Assembly: GCA_937929835.1 (NCBI GenBank)
Contig: CALFUU010000035.1
Coordinates: 10,940-74,939, forward strand
Length of the DNA stretch: 64,000 nt
Direction: 5' to 3'
Source: an uncultured Saprospiraceae bacterium
GTDB lineage: Bacteria > Bacteroidota > Bacteroidia > Chitinophagales > Saprospiraceae
This document shows, one piece after another, positions 38,195-48,731 of this stretch; within the stretch, counting starts at the first letter, position 1; each line of letters begins with the position of its first letter. Made by a program: the position numbers and the translations under genes. The notes beneath the pieces are model-generated. The model saw only the letters and a program-made list of their open reading frames with translations, ran no database searches and was not told where the DNA came from.

Positions 38195-38848
38195 ATGAAT
38201 CTGGACAAAACTGCCTCAGCGCTCAAAAGAATCAATAGACTCTATGAATTGATTTCTGAAATGGGAGAAGCCAGCACAACTGAGCAAGATCTGCTTAAAG
38301 CCTATGTTATGGATCTCTACAAAGCAGTGGCAGATGGTGAAGAACTCCCTGTAGCTGACAGTCCCACTGCCAATACAACTACACCCAAGCGCGCAGCAGT
38401 GCCCACTCCACCACCTGTGGCTCAACCAACAGCGCAGCCAGCACCCGAAGCCCGCCCAGTGTCTGAAGAAGTCATACCAGAACCCGCAGTAGAACAAGCG
38501 GCACCACAACCGATTAAAAAAGTAACGGCTGCTGCTAATAGCGAGTTGGACGAATTGTTCCAAACCGAAAAAATAAGTGAGCTCTCCGACAAACTGAGTT
38601 GTAGCCCCATAAGCGACCTTACCAAAGCTATGGGTCTGAACGAGAAGATATTTACCGTCAATGAGCTTTTTGAAGGGAATAATGGTGAGTTTCAGAATCT
38701 GATGGTAGCACTCAATGGCCTCAACAGCTATGATGAAGCCAAGACTGTGTTGATGTCTAGTGTGGCTACTAAATATGAATGGTCCAAGCCTGACAAATTG
38801 AAAAAAGCTAGAAACTTTATAAAACTTATCCAAAGAAGATACAACTAG
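38195..38848 (+). CDS. conserved Bacteroidota hypothetical protein
   Basis: Pro/Ala-rich linker; PISDL.KA.GLNEK....ELF..F..L..RRY C-terminal domain. Confidence 0.7.
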   Translation: MNLDKTASALKRINRLYELISEMGEASTTEQDLLKAYVMDLYKAVADGEELPVADSPTANTTTPKRAAVPTPPPVAQPTAQPAPEARPVSEEVIPEPAVEQAAPQPIKKVTAAANSELDELFQTEKISELSDKLSCSPISDLTKAMGLNEKIFTVNELFEGNNGEFQNLMVALNGLNSYDEAKTVLMSSVATKYEWSKPDKLKKARNFIKLIQRRYN

Positions 38849-38852
38849 CTAG

Positions 38853-39605
38853 TTGGATACCTCTACACAAATATTTAAGACTGCACTGAAGTACAGCTTA
38901 AGCTTGGTCGGGATAATCTTTGCTGTGCACTTATATACTTTATACTTTAATATCTCCCTGACACACTGGGGTATATTTCCCAGAGAGACGAGTGGCCTTA
39001 TGGGTATCCTAACTGCACCCTTTGTACATGGCAGTTGGCATCATCTTTTTTCCAATGCTGCACCTCTGCTAGTTACAACGACGATAATCTACTTCTTTTA
39101 CCCACGTGTCGCTGTTGCGAGTTTTGTATTTATATACTTGTTGACGGGTATAACAGTTTGGTTGTTTGGCCGGAGTTCTTTTCATATCGGAGCGAGTGGC
39201 ATAGTGTACGGCTTAGTGTCCTTTATATTCTGGACAGGCATCTTTAGGCGCAATATGAAGTCGATCATCTTAGCCCTAGTCGTCACTATATTATACAGTG
39301 GCTATTTGGGTGGGATTGTCCCATTTAAGGAAGGGGTCTCCTGGGAGAGCCATCTACTCGGCGGTATTATGGGGATTTTTGTTGCCTTTCTCTTTAAGGG
39401 TATCATCGAGCAAGACGAGGAAGATTATGATCCGTGGGCAGATGAGAAGGATCAAGAGGCGACTTATTTTTTTCCTAGAGATGTATTTGCTATGACACGA
39501 CAGGAACGCTGGGAAGTAGAACAAGAGCAATTGAGATTACAACAAATAAGACAAGCTGAGGAGCAACAGCAACTTGATAGACTCAACGATCTAGATATAA
39601 ACTAA
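38853..39605 (+). CDS. rhomboid intramembrane serine protease
   Basis: HG...HL.SN, GASG, SWESHL.G. Confidence 0.92.
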   Translation: MDTSTQIFKTALKYSLSLVGIIFAVHLYTLYFNISLTHWGIFPRETSGLMGILTAPFVHGSWHHLFSNAAPLLVTTTIIYFFYPRVAVASFVFIYLLTGITVWLFGRSSFHIGASGIVYGLVSFIFWTGIFRRNMKSIILALVVTILYSGYLGGIVPFKEGVSWESHLLGGIMGIFVAFLFKGIIEQDEEDYDPWADEKDQEATYFFPRDVFAMTRQERWEVEQEQLRLQQIRQAEEQQQLDRLNDLDIN

Positions 39606-39613
39606 TCTCTATT

Positions 39614-40429
39614 CTAGGAATTGTGGTGGCCATCGATAGCCTTTCGTACAGAACCAAATTTCAGCAGTAATTCATTAGCTGCTGTGTAATCAAGACCAGT
39701 CTTATCCATTACCATCTTGGTACCACGATCGACCAACTTGTTATTGCTTAATTGCATATCGACCATCTTATTGTCGACTACCCTACCCAGCTTGATCATC
39801 ACCGACGTACTGATCATATTTAAGATAAGCTTCTGTGCAGTGCCTGCTTTCATACGTGTACTCCCTGTAACAAATTCTGGCCCAACCTCACAGACAATAG
39901 GATAATCAGAATGCATGAGCATCTTAGCGCCAGGATTACACACAATGCAACCAGTGACTATACTCCTCTCTTGACAATCTCTGAGAGCACCAACAACATA
40001 AGGAGTCGAGCCAGAAGCGGCTATACCTACAAGGACATCAGCTTCACTTATATTATGTTCAACAAGATCTCTGTATCCTTGAGTCTCATCGTCTTCTGCA
40101 AACTCTACGGCTCTACGCACAGCCCTATCCCCACCGGCCATCAAGCCAATCACCCAATCGTGCGGAACACCGAAAGTCGGCGGACATTCAGAGGCATCCA
40201 CTATCCCTAGACGGCCACTCGTGCCTGCACCTAGATAGAATAAGCGACCCCCACCAGTCATTTTATCGACTATGACATCAACCAGTTTTTCTATGGAAGG
40301 GAGTATGCTCGCTATCTTCTGTGGTACGGTATGGTCTTCCTTATTGATACTATGTAACAGCTGGGCAGTAGACATCTTATCTAAATGTCGATACTTGGAT
40401 TCTGTTTCTGTTGTTTTCTGATTTTTCAT
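39614..40429 (-). CDS. murQ: N-acetylmuramic acid 6-phosphate etherase
   Basis: GAGTSGRLG..DASECPPTF, GPE.VTGSTRMKAGTAQK, N.KL..R. Confidence 0.97.
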   Translation of the reverse strand: MKNQKTTETESKYRHLDKMSTAQLLHSINKEDHTVPQKIASILPSIEKLVDVIVDKMTGGGRLFYLGAGTSGRLGIVDASECPPTFGVPHDWVIGLMAGGDRAVRRAVEFAEDDETQGYRDLVEHNISEADVLVGIAASGSTPYVVGALRDCQERSIVTGCIVCNPGAKMLMHSDYPIVCEVGPEFVTGSTRMKAGTAQKLILNMISTSVMIKLGRVVDNKMVDMQLSNNKLVDRGTKMVMDKTGLDYTAANELLLKFGSVRKAIDGHHNS

Positions 40430-40515
40430 GTGGTAATGATAAGCAACTACTTGTCATAAGCGTAAATGGATTGCGTCTAACAAGAATCAAGGCTTAATGT
40501 GGTTATATTTGTATT

Positions 40516-40613
40516 CCCTAATCGAAGTTGACTCTCCTTTATTGAATCGCTTTGATAATATTTCATTCTCGTAATACAAGAGACATATTCAACAGAGTAT
40601 GTCTCTTTTTTTT
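40516..40613 (+). ncRNA. candidate small RNA (5' end approximate)
   Basis: TATATTTG at 40504-40511 and a plus-strand intrinsic terminator 40578-40613 with no substantial ORF between. Confidence 0.5.
40578..40613 (+). terminator. plus-strand intrinsic terminator overlapping the 3' end of the symporter gene
   Basis: AAGAGACATATTC-AACA-GAGTATGTCTCTT then T-run; U-G pair and U-tract work only on plus strand. Confidence 0.7.
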
Positions 40614-42067
40614 GATAAGCTCAATAATCCTACAAAGGTGATTATCCCATTTAGCAAGAGCAACTCAAAGCCAAACTTATATCCCGCAAGCCAAGCCTCT
40701 GAGTTGTTATTAATGACATAAGTCAGTATTGGTGATAAGATACAAACTAGAGGCACCAATGGATCTCTTACGTTTAACTTTGTAAAAAAACCAAAAGCAA
40801 AAAGACCGAGCAATGGCCCATAAGTATAACCTGCTATTGAAAAGATTGCCTTGATAACAGCGTCGTTATTTATCTGATAAAATAATAATATGACAACAAA
40901 TAACAAAATGGAAAATACAATGTGTGTAATTAGTCTCGCCTGTTTCTTCTGCACTTCATCTCTATCTTTTTTTTCAAAATCGAGGATATCAATACAAAAA
41001 GATGTAGTCAAGGAGGTCAATGCAGAATCAGCTGACGAGTAGGCAGCCGCTATTAGACCCAAAACAAAAACAATCCCAATCGTCGCTGGAAGATGTTCAA
41101 AGGCCAACAAAGGAAAGAGCAGATCGGATTTCTCAGGCACCACAATGGCCAGACTATCCGCATAGATATAAAGCATAGCACCCATCCCCAAAAACAATAA
41201 ATTAACAAAGATTAGACTAAGGCTAAACCAAAACATATTCTTCTGTGCCTCTCCTAGATTTTTGCAAGTAAGATTCTTTTGCATCATATCTTGATCTAGT
41301 CCTGTCATTACAATAGCAATAAAAGCACCTGCCAGAAACTGCTTGAAAAAATTCTTAGAATCTGACCACCCTCCTTCAAAATAAAATATCTGCGAGTATT
41401 CACTTTGCTTAACTGTGGCGATAAGGTTACCTAATGACAATTGCATTTCAGAACCGATGGCAAAGATGGTTGCTACCACAGCTACGAGCATACATGTTGT
41501 CTGTAGCGTATCGGTCCAGACAATCGTCTTAATTCCACCTTTGTAAGTATAGATCCAAATGAGAATAATGGCGACCATTACCGTCAACCAAAAAGGTAAT
41601 CCATAATGGTCCATAACAAAAGTCTGGAGCACGATGGCTACCAGATATAATCTAAACGATGCCTGTACCAACCTAGAACCTAAAAAGAAAAAGGCACCAG
41701 TCTTATAAGACACCTGACCAAATCTTCCTTCCAAGTAAGTATAGATAGAGGTCAGATCCAGTTTGTAATACATAGGCATCAGCACTGTGGCTATAACTAA
41801 ATATCCCAGTAGATACCCAAAAACCATCTGCATATAGGAGAACTGACTCTCCGCAACCCATCCAGGCACAGACACGAAGGTGACGCCTGAAAGTGAGGCG
41901 CCTATCATGCCAAAGGCAACCAGGTACCATGGAGACTGTCGCTTAGCATTAAAGAAAGCCTGTGTATCTGCCCCCTTACTCGTAATATGGGCAACCAAGA
42001 GTAATACCAAAAAATAGCCAACGATGGTAGCTATCAGAACGATGGGAGAAATTCCATATGCAGACAT
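40589..42067 (-). CDS. sodium:solute symporter (SSS family)
   Basis: ASLSGVTFVSVPG, SIYTYLE.RFG, GGIK..VWTD, GLDQDMMQK, AAAYSS.DS.L. Confidence 0.93.
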   Translation of the reverse strand: MSAYGISPIVLIATIVGYFLVLLLVAHITSKGADTQAFFNAKRQSPWYLVAFGMIGASLSGVTFVSVPGWVAESQFSYMQMVFGYLLGYLVIATVLMPMYYKLDLTSIYTYLEGRFGQVSYKTGAFFFLGSRLVQASFRLYLVAIVLQTFVMDHYGLPFWLTVMVAIILIWIYTYKGGIKTIVWTDTLQTTCMLVAVVATIFAIGSEMQLSLGNLIATVKQSEYSQIFYFEGGWSDSKNFFKQFLAGAFIAIVMTGLDQDMMQKNLTCKNLGEAQKNMFWFSLSLIFVNLLFLGMGAMLYIYADSLAIVVPEKSDLLFPLLAFEHLPATIGIVFVLGLIAAAYSSADSALTSLTTSFCIDILDFEKKDRDEVQKKQARLITHIVFSILLFVVILLFYQINNDAVIKAIFSIAGYTYGPLLGLFAFGFFTKLNVRDPLVPLVCILSPILTYVINNNSEAWLAGYKFGFELLLLNGIITFVGLLSLSKKRDILC

Positions 42068-42082
42068 ACCGCTAAGATAGGA

Positions 42083-43351
42083 TTACGGACGAGCTATCTG
42101 CAATAGCTGGCTATAGACTTTGTCCCAGCCCGCCCAACCTTCTGCAGCGTAAAAAGAACTGTTGTGCCAGATAAATGAGCAGTGACCGCCGACTTTTTTA
42201 AGTTGCTGGATGACTGGTTTTAGTTGCTCTATCGCCTCCGAGGGTTGTAGCTTTTTGTATTTTCTAAGAGTGACATCCATTAGGCAAAACGGTATCACCT
42301 TCAGGGTAGTCCTCACATCTTTTTCTAAGTCATACCAGAAGAAAGGGCGGCTAGTACCTGCTCTAAATCCTATGGTATCTGCATAACCCATCGTGTGATC
42401 TTCGCTCAAACCACAAGTGATGAGTCTACGGTAAGTATGCGGGAGAGATAACCTAAGATAATGTTGGCGAGATTGATAAATAGGTTTTTCAATAATTGAG
42501 GCTAAGGTATGGACCTCTTTTTCGAGTTGACCTTGATTGTCGTTAGAAGCATAAGAAGGATGTATGGTCACTTGATGGTGCTTGCTGAGTTGTTTGATGA
42601 CCCTTATAAAATGAGGGTTGTCAGGCGGTAGAGATCTATCATACTTGGCCTTTGCGGATGTCAGCACAAAGAAGATTGGGTTAAAGCCATATTGCGCATT
42701 GACCTCTATCATTTCTTGATACTTATCAAATGGGTCTTGCCCTAGCCTTGCCTTTATTTTCTCTCCCTGCAAGGTCAGAATATCTCTAGTGAATGTTGCG
42801 AAGCTCTGCCAGGCCGGTTTGCCTTTATAGGCATAGATGTGATCAACATCTATGGTCGATGTTGCGGAATACTCAGGTCGTTTGATAGATAATGCGAAGA
42901 GCAATTCTAATTGTGTCACCAGCTGGTGTATCCATATGTCAACAACAGGCAATTCCAGCCACCCTTTTATTGCTAATTGGCCAGCAGAAGAAAGGTACCT
43001 TCCATGCTCATCGACATCTGGGGAGCTGTACTCCTCTACTCTTGCCAGTAGAAAAAATATCCCAGCATATAAATCGAAGTTGGTTGTCCCATTTTTAAAT
43101 TCTAAGACTGATTCTATTTCTGGAATAGTCTCATAATCAAATGCTGTAAAGTAGGCTGAATTTTGAATGGATAAAACACCTTCTAATTCTTCTGTAGTGT
43201 AATTGATTTTGATCTTGTGTGGACTAGCGGAGAAGGCTGTTATGTCGGTAGTTACAATATACTCAAGACCTAGCGTGTGCACAAAGATAAAGTCGAGCAC
43301 ATAGTCCAACTTGCTAGACACTACATCTGTCAATATGTGTGCGACGATCAA
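42083..43351 (-). CDS. polysaccharide deacetylase-like protein
   Basis: FFLLAR.EEY..D.HGR, TIDVD, HPSY, RQHYLR, D.TMGY..GFRAGT, MDVTL, WHN; TTG 43351 overlaps truA stop (TTGA). Confidence 0.75.
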   Translation of the reverse strand: MIVAHILTDVVSSKLDYVLDFIFVHTLGLEYIVTTDITAFSASPHKIKINYTTEELEGVLSIQNSAYFTAFDYETIPEIESVLEFKNGTTNFDLYAGIFFLLARVEEYSSPDVDEHGRYLSSAGQLAIKGWLELPVVDIWIHQLVTQLELLFALSIKRPEYSATSTIDVDHIYAYKGKPAWQSFATFTRDILTLQGEKIKARLGQDPFDKYQEMIEVNAQYGFNPIFFVLTSAKAKYDRSLPPDNPHFIRVIKQLSKHHQVTIHPSYASNDNQGQLEKEVHTLASIIEKPIYQSRQHYLRLSLPHTYRRLITCGLSEDHTMGYADTIGFRAGTSRPFFWYDLEKDVRTTLKVIPFCLMDVTLRKYKKLQPSEAIEQLKPVIQQLKKVGGHCSFIWHNSSFYAAEGWAGWDKVYSQLLQIARP

Positions 43352-44100
43352 CCTAACTGGGGGTATTTTATAGAGCTCAAGTAGAGCCCTTGCGCTGGGA
43401 CTGACCAAGCTCGTTGGAGGCGTTCTTGCTTGTCCATAGCTGTCTTGACGTCAATAAGTTCGATACGTTTCAGACCGATATTCAAAGTCATACCTACTAT
43501 TAGTCTTACCATTCCTCTTAGAAAACGATCAGAGGTTACTTTATAATGCCATTCGTTGTCATTAATAGAAATCCACTCAGATACTGTCAAAGCACACTTA
43601 TATGTATCGTTGTCTGCGTGGGTCTTACAAAAAGGTAAAAACTCTTTGTACTCTAGCAATAGTGCAGCCGCCTCATTCATCAAGTCCAGATCAGGAATTC
43701 CTGACTGGTCGTAACGGTAGACCGTGTGCTGTCTAAAGGGATCCTTGCCAAAGACCATTTTATAGGTGTAGGATCTAGCTACGGCATCGAAGCGTGCATG
43801 ATCTTTAGCGTCCATTTCTTGAATAGTATATACACGTACATCCTTGGGCAAGAGATTATTGAGTTTGTAGACAAGGTTGTCTGCACTAAATCTTTCGGGT
43901 AAGTCAGTATGTAAATAATATTCAGAGGCGTGCACAGCTGTATCTGTTCTACCACATCCGACAACTTGTATAGAGGCATTATACATCGTAGAGAGAGCAG
44001 CTTCTATAGTAGCTTGTACCGTCGGATCAGAGGGTTGTATCTGCCAGCCGCAGTAAGCGGCACCATTATAAGCTAGTCGTATAAAATACCTACGCGTCAT
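43348..44100 (-). CDS. truA: tRNA pseudouridine(38-40) synthase
   Basis: Y.G..Y.GWQ.Q, GRTD..VHA, HARFDA..R.Y.Y, RFLRGMVR, P.QGLYL. Confidence 0.96.
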   Translation of the reverse strand: MTRRYFIRLAYNGAAYCGWQIQPSDPTVQATIEAALSTMYNASIQVVGCGRTDTAVHASEYYLHTDLPERFSADNLVYKLNNLLPKDVRVYTIQEMDAKDHARFDAVARSYTYKMVFGKDPFRQHTVYRYDQSGIPDLDLMNEAAALLLEYKEFLPFCKTHADNDTYKCALTVSEWISINDNEWHYKVTSDRFLRGMVRLIVGMTLNIGLKRIELIDVKTAMDKQERLQRAWSVPAQGLYLSSIKYPQLG

Positions 44101-44105
44101 AATCT

Positions 44106-44113
44106 CAAATATA
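44106..44113 (-). promoter_or_regulatory. -7 promoter box 5 nt upstream of truA ATG
   Basis: TATATTTG-AGATT-ATG. Confidence 0.65.
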
Positions 44114-44155
44114 CATTAGTATGACATCTCCAATAGGAGTGATTGTAGAGTGCAT

Positions 44156-44186
44156 AAAAAAACAGCCTACCTTTTGAGTAGACTGT
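44156..44186 (-). terminator. intrinsic terminator after sucD
   Basis: minus strand ACAGTCTAC-TCAAAAG-GTAGGCTGT then T-run. Confidence 0.8.
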
Positions 44187-44209
44187 CTTTAGAATCAAAT
44201 TTATTTTAC

Positions 44210-45223
44210 TTAGGACAAACCTAGTTTTTCTAATACTTTCTTAAGCGTATCCGCCTTTAAGTCATCAACGTGTGCACTGATACCAATAGAATTCGCATAA
44301 GCTACTAAGTCAACTTCTTTCATTTTGGTGATCTCACTTTTTGACATTATTTCCTTACCCATCAGCTTAGCCATCGTCTCGCCGATATCTGCTGGAGAGT
44401 TGACTACGGAAATACCACACTCTCTCATAATGGCCATCTTTGCTTCCGCTGTATCATCCTTCCCGCCTACTATTGCACCTGCGTGGCCCATTGTTCTTCC
44501 TTTTGGAGCTGTCTGACCTGCTATGAATCCAACTACAGGCTTCGTACCATTTTCTTTAATCCATCTTGCCGCATCAGCTTCCATATTGCCACCTATCTCC
44601 CCTATCATTACGATACCATCAGTATCTGGATCATTCATTAGGAGTTCTACTGCTTCTTTGGTTGTCGTCCCTGGTATAGGATCTCCTCCGATACCAATAC
44701 AAGTAGATTGGCCCATACCAGCCTTGGTGACTTGATCAACCGCTTCGTAAGTCAAGGTTCCAGACCTAGATACGATACCTATTCTCCCAGGATTATGAAT
44801 AAAGCCAGGCATAATACCCACCTTAGCCTCACCTGGTGTCATCACACCAGGACAGTTAGGTCCTACAAGTGTGCAATCAAAATCATTAATGTAAGCTTTC
44901 ACTTTGACCATATCCTGCACAGGTATACCCTCAGTGATACAGATAATAACTTTTATCCCAGCACTTGCTGCCTCCATAATAGCATCACCAGCAAAGGGTG
45001 GCGGAACAAAAATGATAGAAGTATCAGCCCCAGCCTTCTTAACTGCTTCGTCAACGGTATTCCAGACAGGCTTACCCAAATGTTCTTGGCCACCTTTTCC
45101 TGGTGTTACTCCACCGACTATAGGTGTGCCGTATTCGATCATTTGACCTGCATGAAAACTACCTTCTTTACCAGTGATTCCCTGGACAATAATTTTTGAA
45201 TCTTTTGTGACTAATACTGCCAT
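44210..45223 (-). CDS. sucD: succinyl-CoA synthetase alpha subunit with ~45-aa C-terminal extension
   Basis: [33 protein letters not shown]. Confidence 0.97.
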   Translation of the reverse strand: MAVLVTKDSKIIVQGITGKEGSFHAGQMIEYGTPIVGGVTPGKGGQEHLGKPVWNTVDEAVKKAGADTSIIFVPPPFAGDAIMEAASAGIKVIICITEGIPVQDMVKVKAYINDFDCTLVGPNCPGVMTPGEAKVGIMPGFIHNPGRIGIVSRSGTLTYEAVDQVTKAGMGQSTCIGIGGDPIPGTTTKEAVELLMNDPDTDGIVMIGEIGGNMEADAARWIKENGTKPVVGFIAGQTAPKGRTMGHAGAIVGGKDDTAEAKMAIMRECGISVVNSPADIGETMAKLMGKEIMSKSEITKMKEVDLVAYANSIGISAHVDDLKADTLKKVLEKLGLS

Positions 45224-45229
45224 TATAAT

Positions 45230-45535
45230 TTACTTGATTAAGATTATTTCTTCGTTTTCCTTGTGGAAGAGGTATTTTTCTCTTCCGTATTTTTCTATGT
45301 TCTGGTTGATTGTTTCTCTCTCTACAACCGCTTCATCCAACATTCGTTCATAATCCGCTTTCTGGTTCTCCAACTTCTCTACGTTGTTGGCTAACTTAAA
45401 TTGCGTGATGAAATTGTATTTGTCAAAGAATGCCAACCACACAAAAAACACTAAGGTCGTTAAAGTGTACTTATTCACCCAACCTTTATCTTGTTTCTTA
45501 GCTCTACTCTTTTTAACTGTCTTCTTCTTTGCCAT
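45230..45535 (-). CDS. FtsB/DivIC septum formation initiator family protein
   Basis: single TM (F.VW..FFD), coiled coil, EKYGREKY; own TATATTTG box at 45562-45555. Confidence 0.8.
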   Translation of the reverse strand: MAKKKTVKKSRAKKQDKGWVNKYTLTTLVFFVWLAFFDKYNFITQFKLANNVEKLENQKADYERMLDEAVVERETINQNIEKYGREKYLFHKENEEIILIK

Positions 45536-45571
45536 AGTTACATATTAGTAACTTCAAATATATGTAATCTA

Positions 45572-46849
45572 CTACTTCAATATAGCTTTTCCAGGATAGT
45601 AAGCCATAGAGCCCAGTTCTTCCTCTATCCTCAACAGTTGATTGTACTTCGCCATTCTGTCAGATCTGGAAGCAGAACCTGTCTTAATCTGTCCTGTATT
45701 TAGCGCAACGGCAAGGTCTGCTATAGTTGTATCTTCTGTCTCTCCAGATCTGTGACTCATTACTGAGGTATACTTATGCGCTCTGGCGAGTGAGATGGCA
45801 TCTATGGTTTCTGACAAGGTTCCAATCTGATTCACTTTGATCAGGATACTATTCGCAGCACCGTCCTTGATACCACGTGCTAATTTTTCTGTATTGGTAA
45901 CAAATAAATCGTCGCCAACCAACTGAATTTTATCGCCAGTAGCCGCCGTCAAGTCAGACCACGCTTGCCAGTCATCTTCATCTAGGCCATCCTCAATCGA
46001 GAAAATAGGATATTGCTTTGCCCAATCTGTCCAATATGCAACCATATCAGAAGAGCTTAACTTCTCATTGGTTGACTTATGGAACACATATTTCTTCTTA
46101 GTGTAGAATTCTGAAGCGGCTGCATCCATTGCGATCCACACATCTTTCCCGGCTTTGTATCCGGCCTTGGAGATTGATTTCAAGACAATCTCAATTGCCT
46201 CTTTGTTAGAGCCTATATTGGGTGCGAAGCCACCTTCGTCACCGACATTGGTAGACAGACCTTTAGATTTCAGTACTGATTTGAGCGCATGGAAAATTTC
46301 GACACCCATTTTCAATGCTTGAGTAAAAGTTTCTGCGCCGATAGGCACTACCATAAACTCCTGAAAGTCGATACTGTTATCCGCATGCGAACCTCCATTA
46401 AGGATATTCATCATAGGCACAGGCAGTGTGTGGGCATTGACACCTCCTACATACTTGTATAGTGGCTGTTGCGTCTCGAGCGCTGCTGCTTTGGCTACGG
46501 CTAGTGATACACCGAGTATGGCGTTGGCACCAAGCTTAGCTTTATTACTTGTCCCATCAAGGTCTATCATCAACTTATCGATAGCTCTTTGCTCTTCGAC
46601 TTGGACACCTATGAGCGCACTTCTTAGTTTTTTATTGACATTGGAAATAGCTTTAGAGACACCCTTTCCATTCCAGTGCTTTTTTATGCCATCTCTGAGT
46701 TCCACAGCCTCGTACTTTCCAGTGGAGGCACCAGAAGGAACGGCAGCTCTTCCCAGATATCCATTTTCTGTGATCACATCTACCTCAATAGTTGGATTTC
46801 CTCTCGAATCCAAAATTTGTCTAGCGAATATTTCTCCTATTCTACTCAT
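45572..46849 (-). CDS. eno: enolase
   Basis: [41 protein letters not shown]. Confidence 0.98.
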   Translation of the reverse strand: MSRIGEIFARQILDSRGNPTIEVDVITENGYLGRAAVPSGASTGKYEAVELRDGIKKHWNGKGVSKAISNVNKKLRSALIGVQVEEQRAIDKLMIDLDGTSNKAKLGANAILGVSLAVAKAAALETQQPLYKYVGGVNAHTLPVPMMNILNGGSHADNSIDFQEFMVVPIGAETFTQALKMGVEIFHALKSVLKSKGLSTNVGDEGGFAPNIGSNKEAIEIVLKSISKAGYKAGKDVWIAMDAAASEFYTKKKYVFHKSTNEKLSSSDMVAYWTDWAKQYPIFSIEDGLDEDDWQAWSDLTAATGDKIQLVGDDLFVTNTEKLARGIKDGAANSILIKVNQIGTLSETIDAISLARAHKYTSVMSHRSGETEDTTIADLAVALNTGQIKTGSASRSDRMAKYNQLLRIEEELGSMAYYPGKAILK

Positions 46850-47964
46850 ACAGTTACTTGTTTGCTTTTATTCAGCATCTCAATAAAATCGTCGAAAAGA
46901 TATCGAGAGTCGTGTGGTCCAGGAGATGCTTCTGGATGATATTGTACTGAAAAGGCTTGAGTGCCCTTGATTCGTATACCTTCGATTGTATCGTCATTGA
47001 GATTCATATGCGTGATCTCAACCTGGTCATGAGCAGAGATTGCTTCAGGGCTAACACCAAAGCCGTGATTCTGACTCGTCACTTCACATAGACCTGTAAC
47101 CATATTTTTGACAGGGTGATTAATCCCTCTATGACCATTATGCATTTTATAAGTTGGGATACCGTGCGCCAGCGCCAATAATTGATGCCCAAGACAGATA
47201 CCAAACATTGGTTTATCCTCTTTGAGTAAAGTCTTAATCGTTTCTATAGCGTAGTCCATAGAAGCAGGATCGCCAGGACCATTTGAAAGAAAGAATCCAT
47301 CAGGATTATAGGCTAATACTTCCTTAGCTGGCGTCTTCGCTGGGAAGACTTTTACTTTAGCTCCGCGCTTAGTAAAGCAACGAAGAATATTCTTTTTAGT
47401 TCCGAAGTCTAGAACTGCTATTGAGACTTCCGCATCGGCTTTTCCAAGTTCATAAGACTTTTCAGTACTTACTTTGGATGCAAGTTCTAGGCCTTCCATA
47501 GATGGAATCGCTTTGCACTTTTCCTTAAGCACATCAATATCCAGCTCGTCAGTGGAGATAAGACAATTCATCGCTCCTTTATTTCTTATATGCTTGACGA
47601 TAGCTCTTGTATCTACCTGATGGATACAGACAATATTATTCTCCACAAAATAATTCTGGATATTCTTGTCCGCTTGGCTTCGAGAAAACGTCTCAGAAAA
47701 GTTTTTACAAACCAAACCTGCAATTTGAACTTTACCAGATTCTACTTCTGTGTTCTTAGTTCCATAATTGCCTATATGTGCATTAGTTGTGACCAGAACT
47801 TGACCTGCATATGAAGGATCCGTAAAAATCTCTTGATAACCAGTCATTCCTGTATTGAAACAAAGCTCACCAGTACCGATACCTTTTATACCTGCAGCTT
47901 TTCCTTTGAAGTATGTGCCGTCTTCTAGTAGAAGCACAGCATTTTGGAGTTGAGTCTCTGACAT
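46846..47964 (-). CDS. carA: carbamoyl-phosphate synthase small subunit
   Basis: [43 protein letters not shown] box at 47991-47984. Confidence 0.97.
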   Translation of the reverse strand: MSETQLQNAVLLLEDGTYFKGKAAGIKGIGTGELCFNTGMTGYQEIFTDPSYAGQVLVTTNAHIGNYGTKNTEVESGKVQIAGLVCKNFSETFSRSQADKNIQNYFVENNIVCIHQVDTRAIVKHIRNKGAMNCLISTDELDIDVLKEKCKAIPSMEGLELASKVSTEKSYELGKADAEVSIAVLDFGTKKNILRCFTKRGAKVKVFPAKTPAKEVLAYNPDGFFLSNGPGDPASMDYAIETIKTLLKEDKPMFGICLGHQLLALAHGIPTYKMHNGHRGINHPVKNMVTGLCEVTSQNHGFGVSPEAISAHDQVEITHMNLNDDTIEGIRIKGTQAFSVQYHPEASPGPHDSRYLFDDFIEMLNKSKQVTV

Positions 47965-48054
47965 TACTAAATTTAACTTGGCTCAAATATAAGCAATGAG
48001 TATCATATGATATTCAACAATAGAAAACCACCCTTTAATGATGTTTCTGTTATT

Positions 48055-48090
48055 AAAAAAAAGCAGGACATAAAAATTATGCCCTGCTTT
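48055..48090 (-). terminator. intrinsic terminator at end of alpha operon
   Basis: minus strand AAAGCAGGGCATA..TATGTCCTGCTTT then T-run. Confidence 0.85.
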
Positions 48091-48126
48091 ATATCTGAAA
48101 GATCCATTAATAAATGAATGCTATTT

Positions 48127-48600
48127 CTATTCTTCTTCTTGTGCAGCAGCTGTTGTAGCTGCAGCTGCACCGGCCTTCTTCTTACCGCCTCTTCTTCTTC
48201 TAGAACCACCTTTCTTAGCACCCTTACTGTTCGTATAGATGTCATTGAAATCTACTAATTCTATCATAGCCATTTCTGCACCATCACCCTTTCTGAATCC
48301 AGTCTTGATGACTCTGGTGTATCCACCTGGTCTACCAGCTACTTTCGGTGATACATTTGAAAACAACTCTGTCACCGCATACTTATTCTGCAAGTAACTG
48401 AATACAGTCCTTCTAGAGTGCTGTGTATCGGTTTTAGATCTAGTGATTAAAGGCTCTACATAAACTCTGAGCGCTTTGGCCTTAGCCAAGGTAGTATTGA
48501 TTCTTTTGTGCTCTATAAGCGCAATAGACAAGTTTCTGAGAAGAGCTCTTCTGTGCCCTTTCTGTCTACCTAAGTGGTTAAATTTCTTTCCGTGTCTCAT
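48127..48600 (-). CDS. rplQ: 50S ribosomal protein L17
   Basis: MRHGKK..LGR, TTLAKAK, RPGGYTR. Confidence 0.97.
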   Translation of the reverse strand: MRHGKKFNHLGRQKGHRRALLRNLSIALIEHKRINTTLAKAKALRVYVEPLITRSKTDTQHSRRTVFSYLQNKYAVTELFSNVSPKVAGRPGGYTRVIKTGFRKGDGAEMAMIELVDFNDIYTNSKGAKKGGSRRRRGGKKKAGAAAATTAAAQEEE

Positions 48601-48731
48601 AGCGGAATATTAAGTTATATCACTGCTTCTTGGAACTCTAATCGACCTGTAACTAGATCAAAAGCGGTTAATATGATTATTAATAAGGATCCGAGTTATC
48701 GGGTCGATACGATCCTATTTTTTCTTACTTC

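Noticed and set aside
38216..38833. 205-aa minus-strand ORF
   Set aside because: Antisense shadow of the plus-strand conserved gene; composition is not protein-like.
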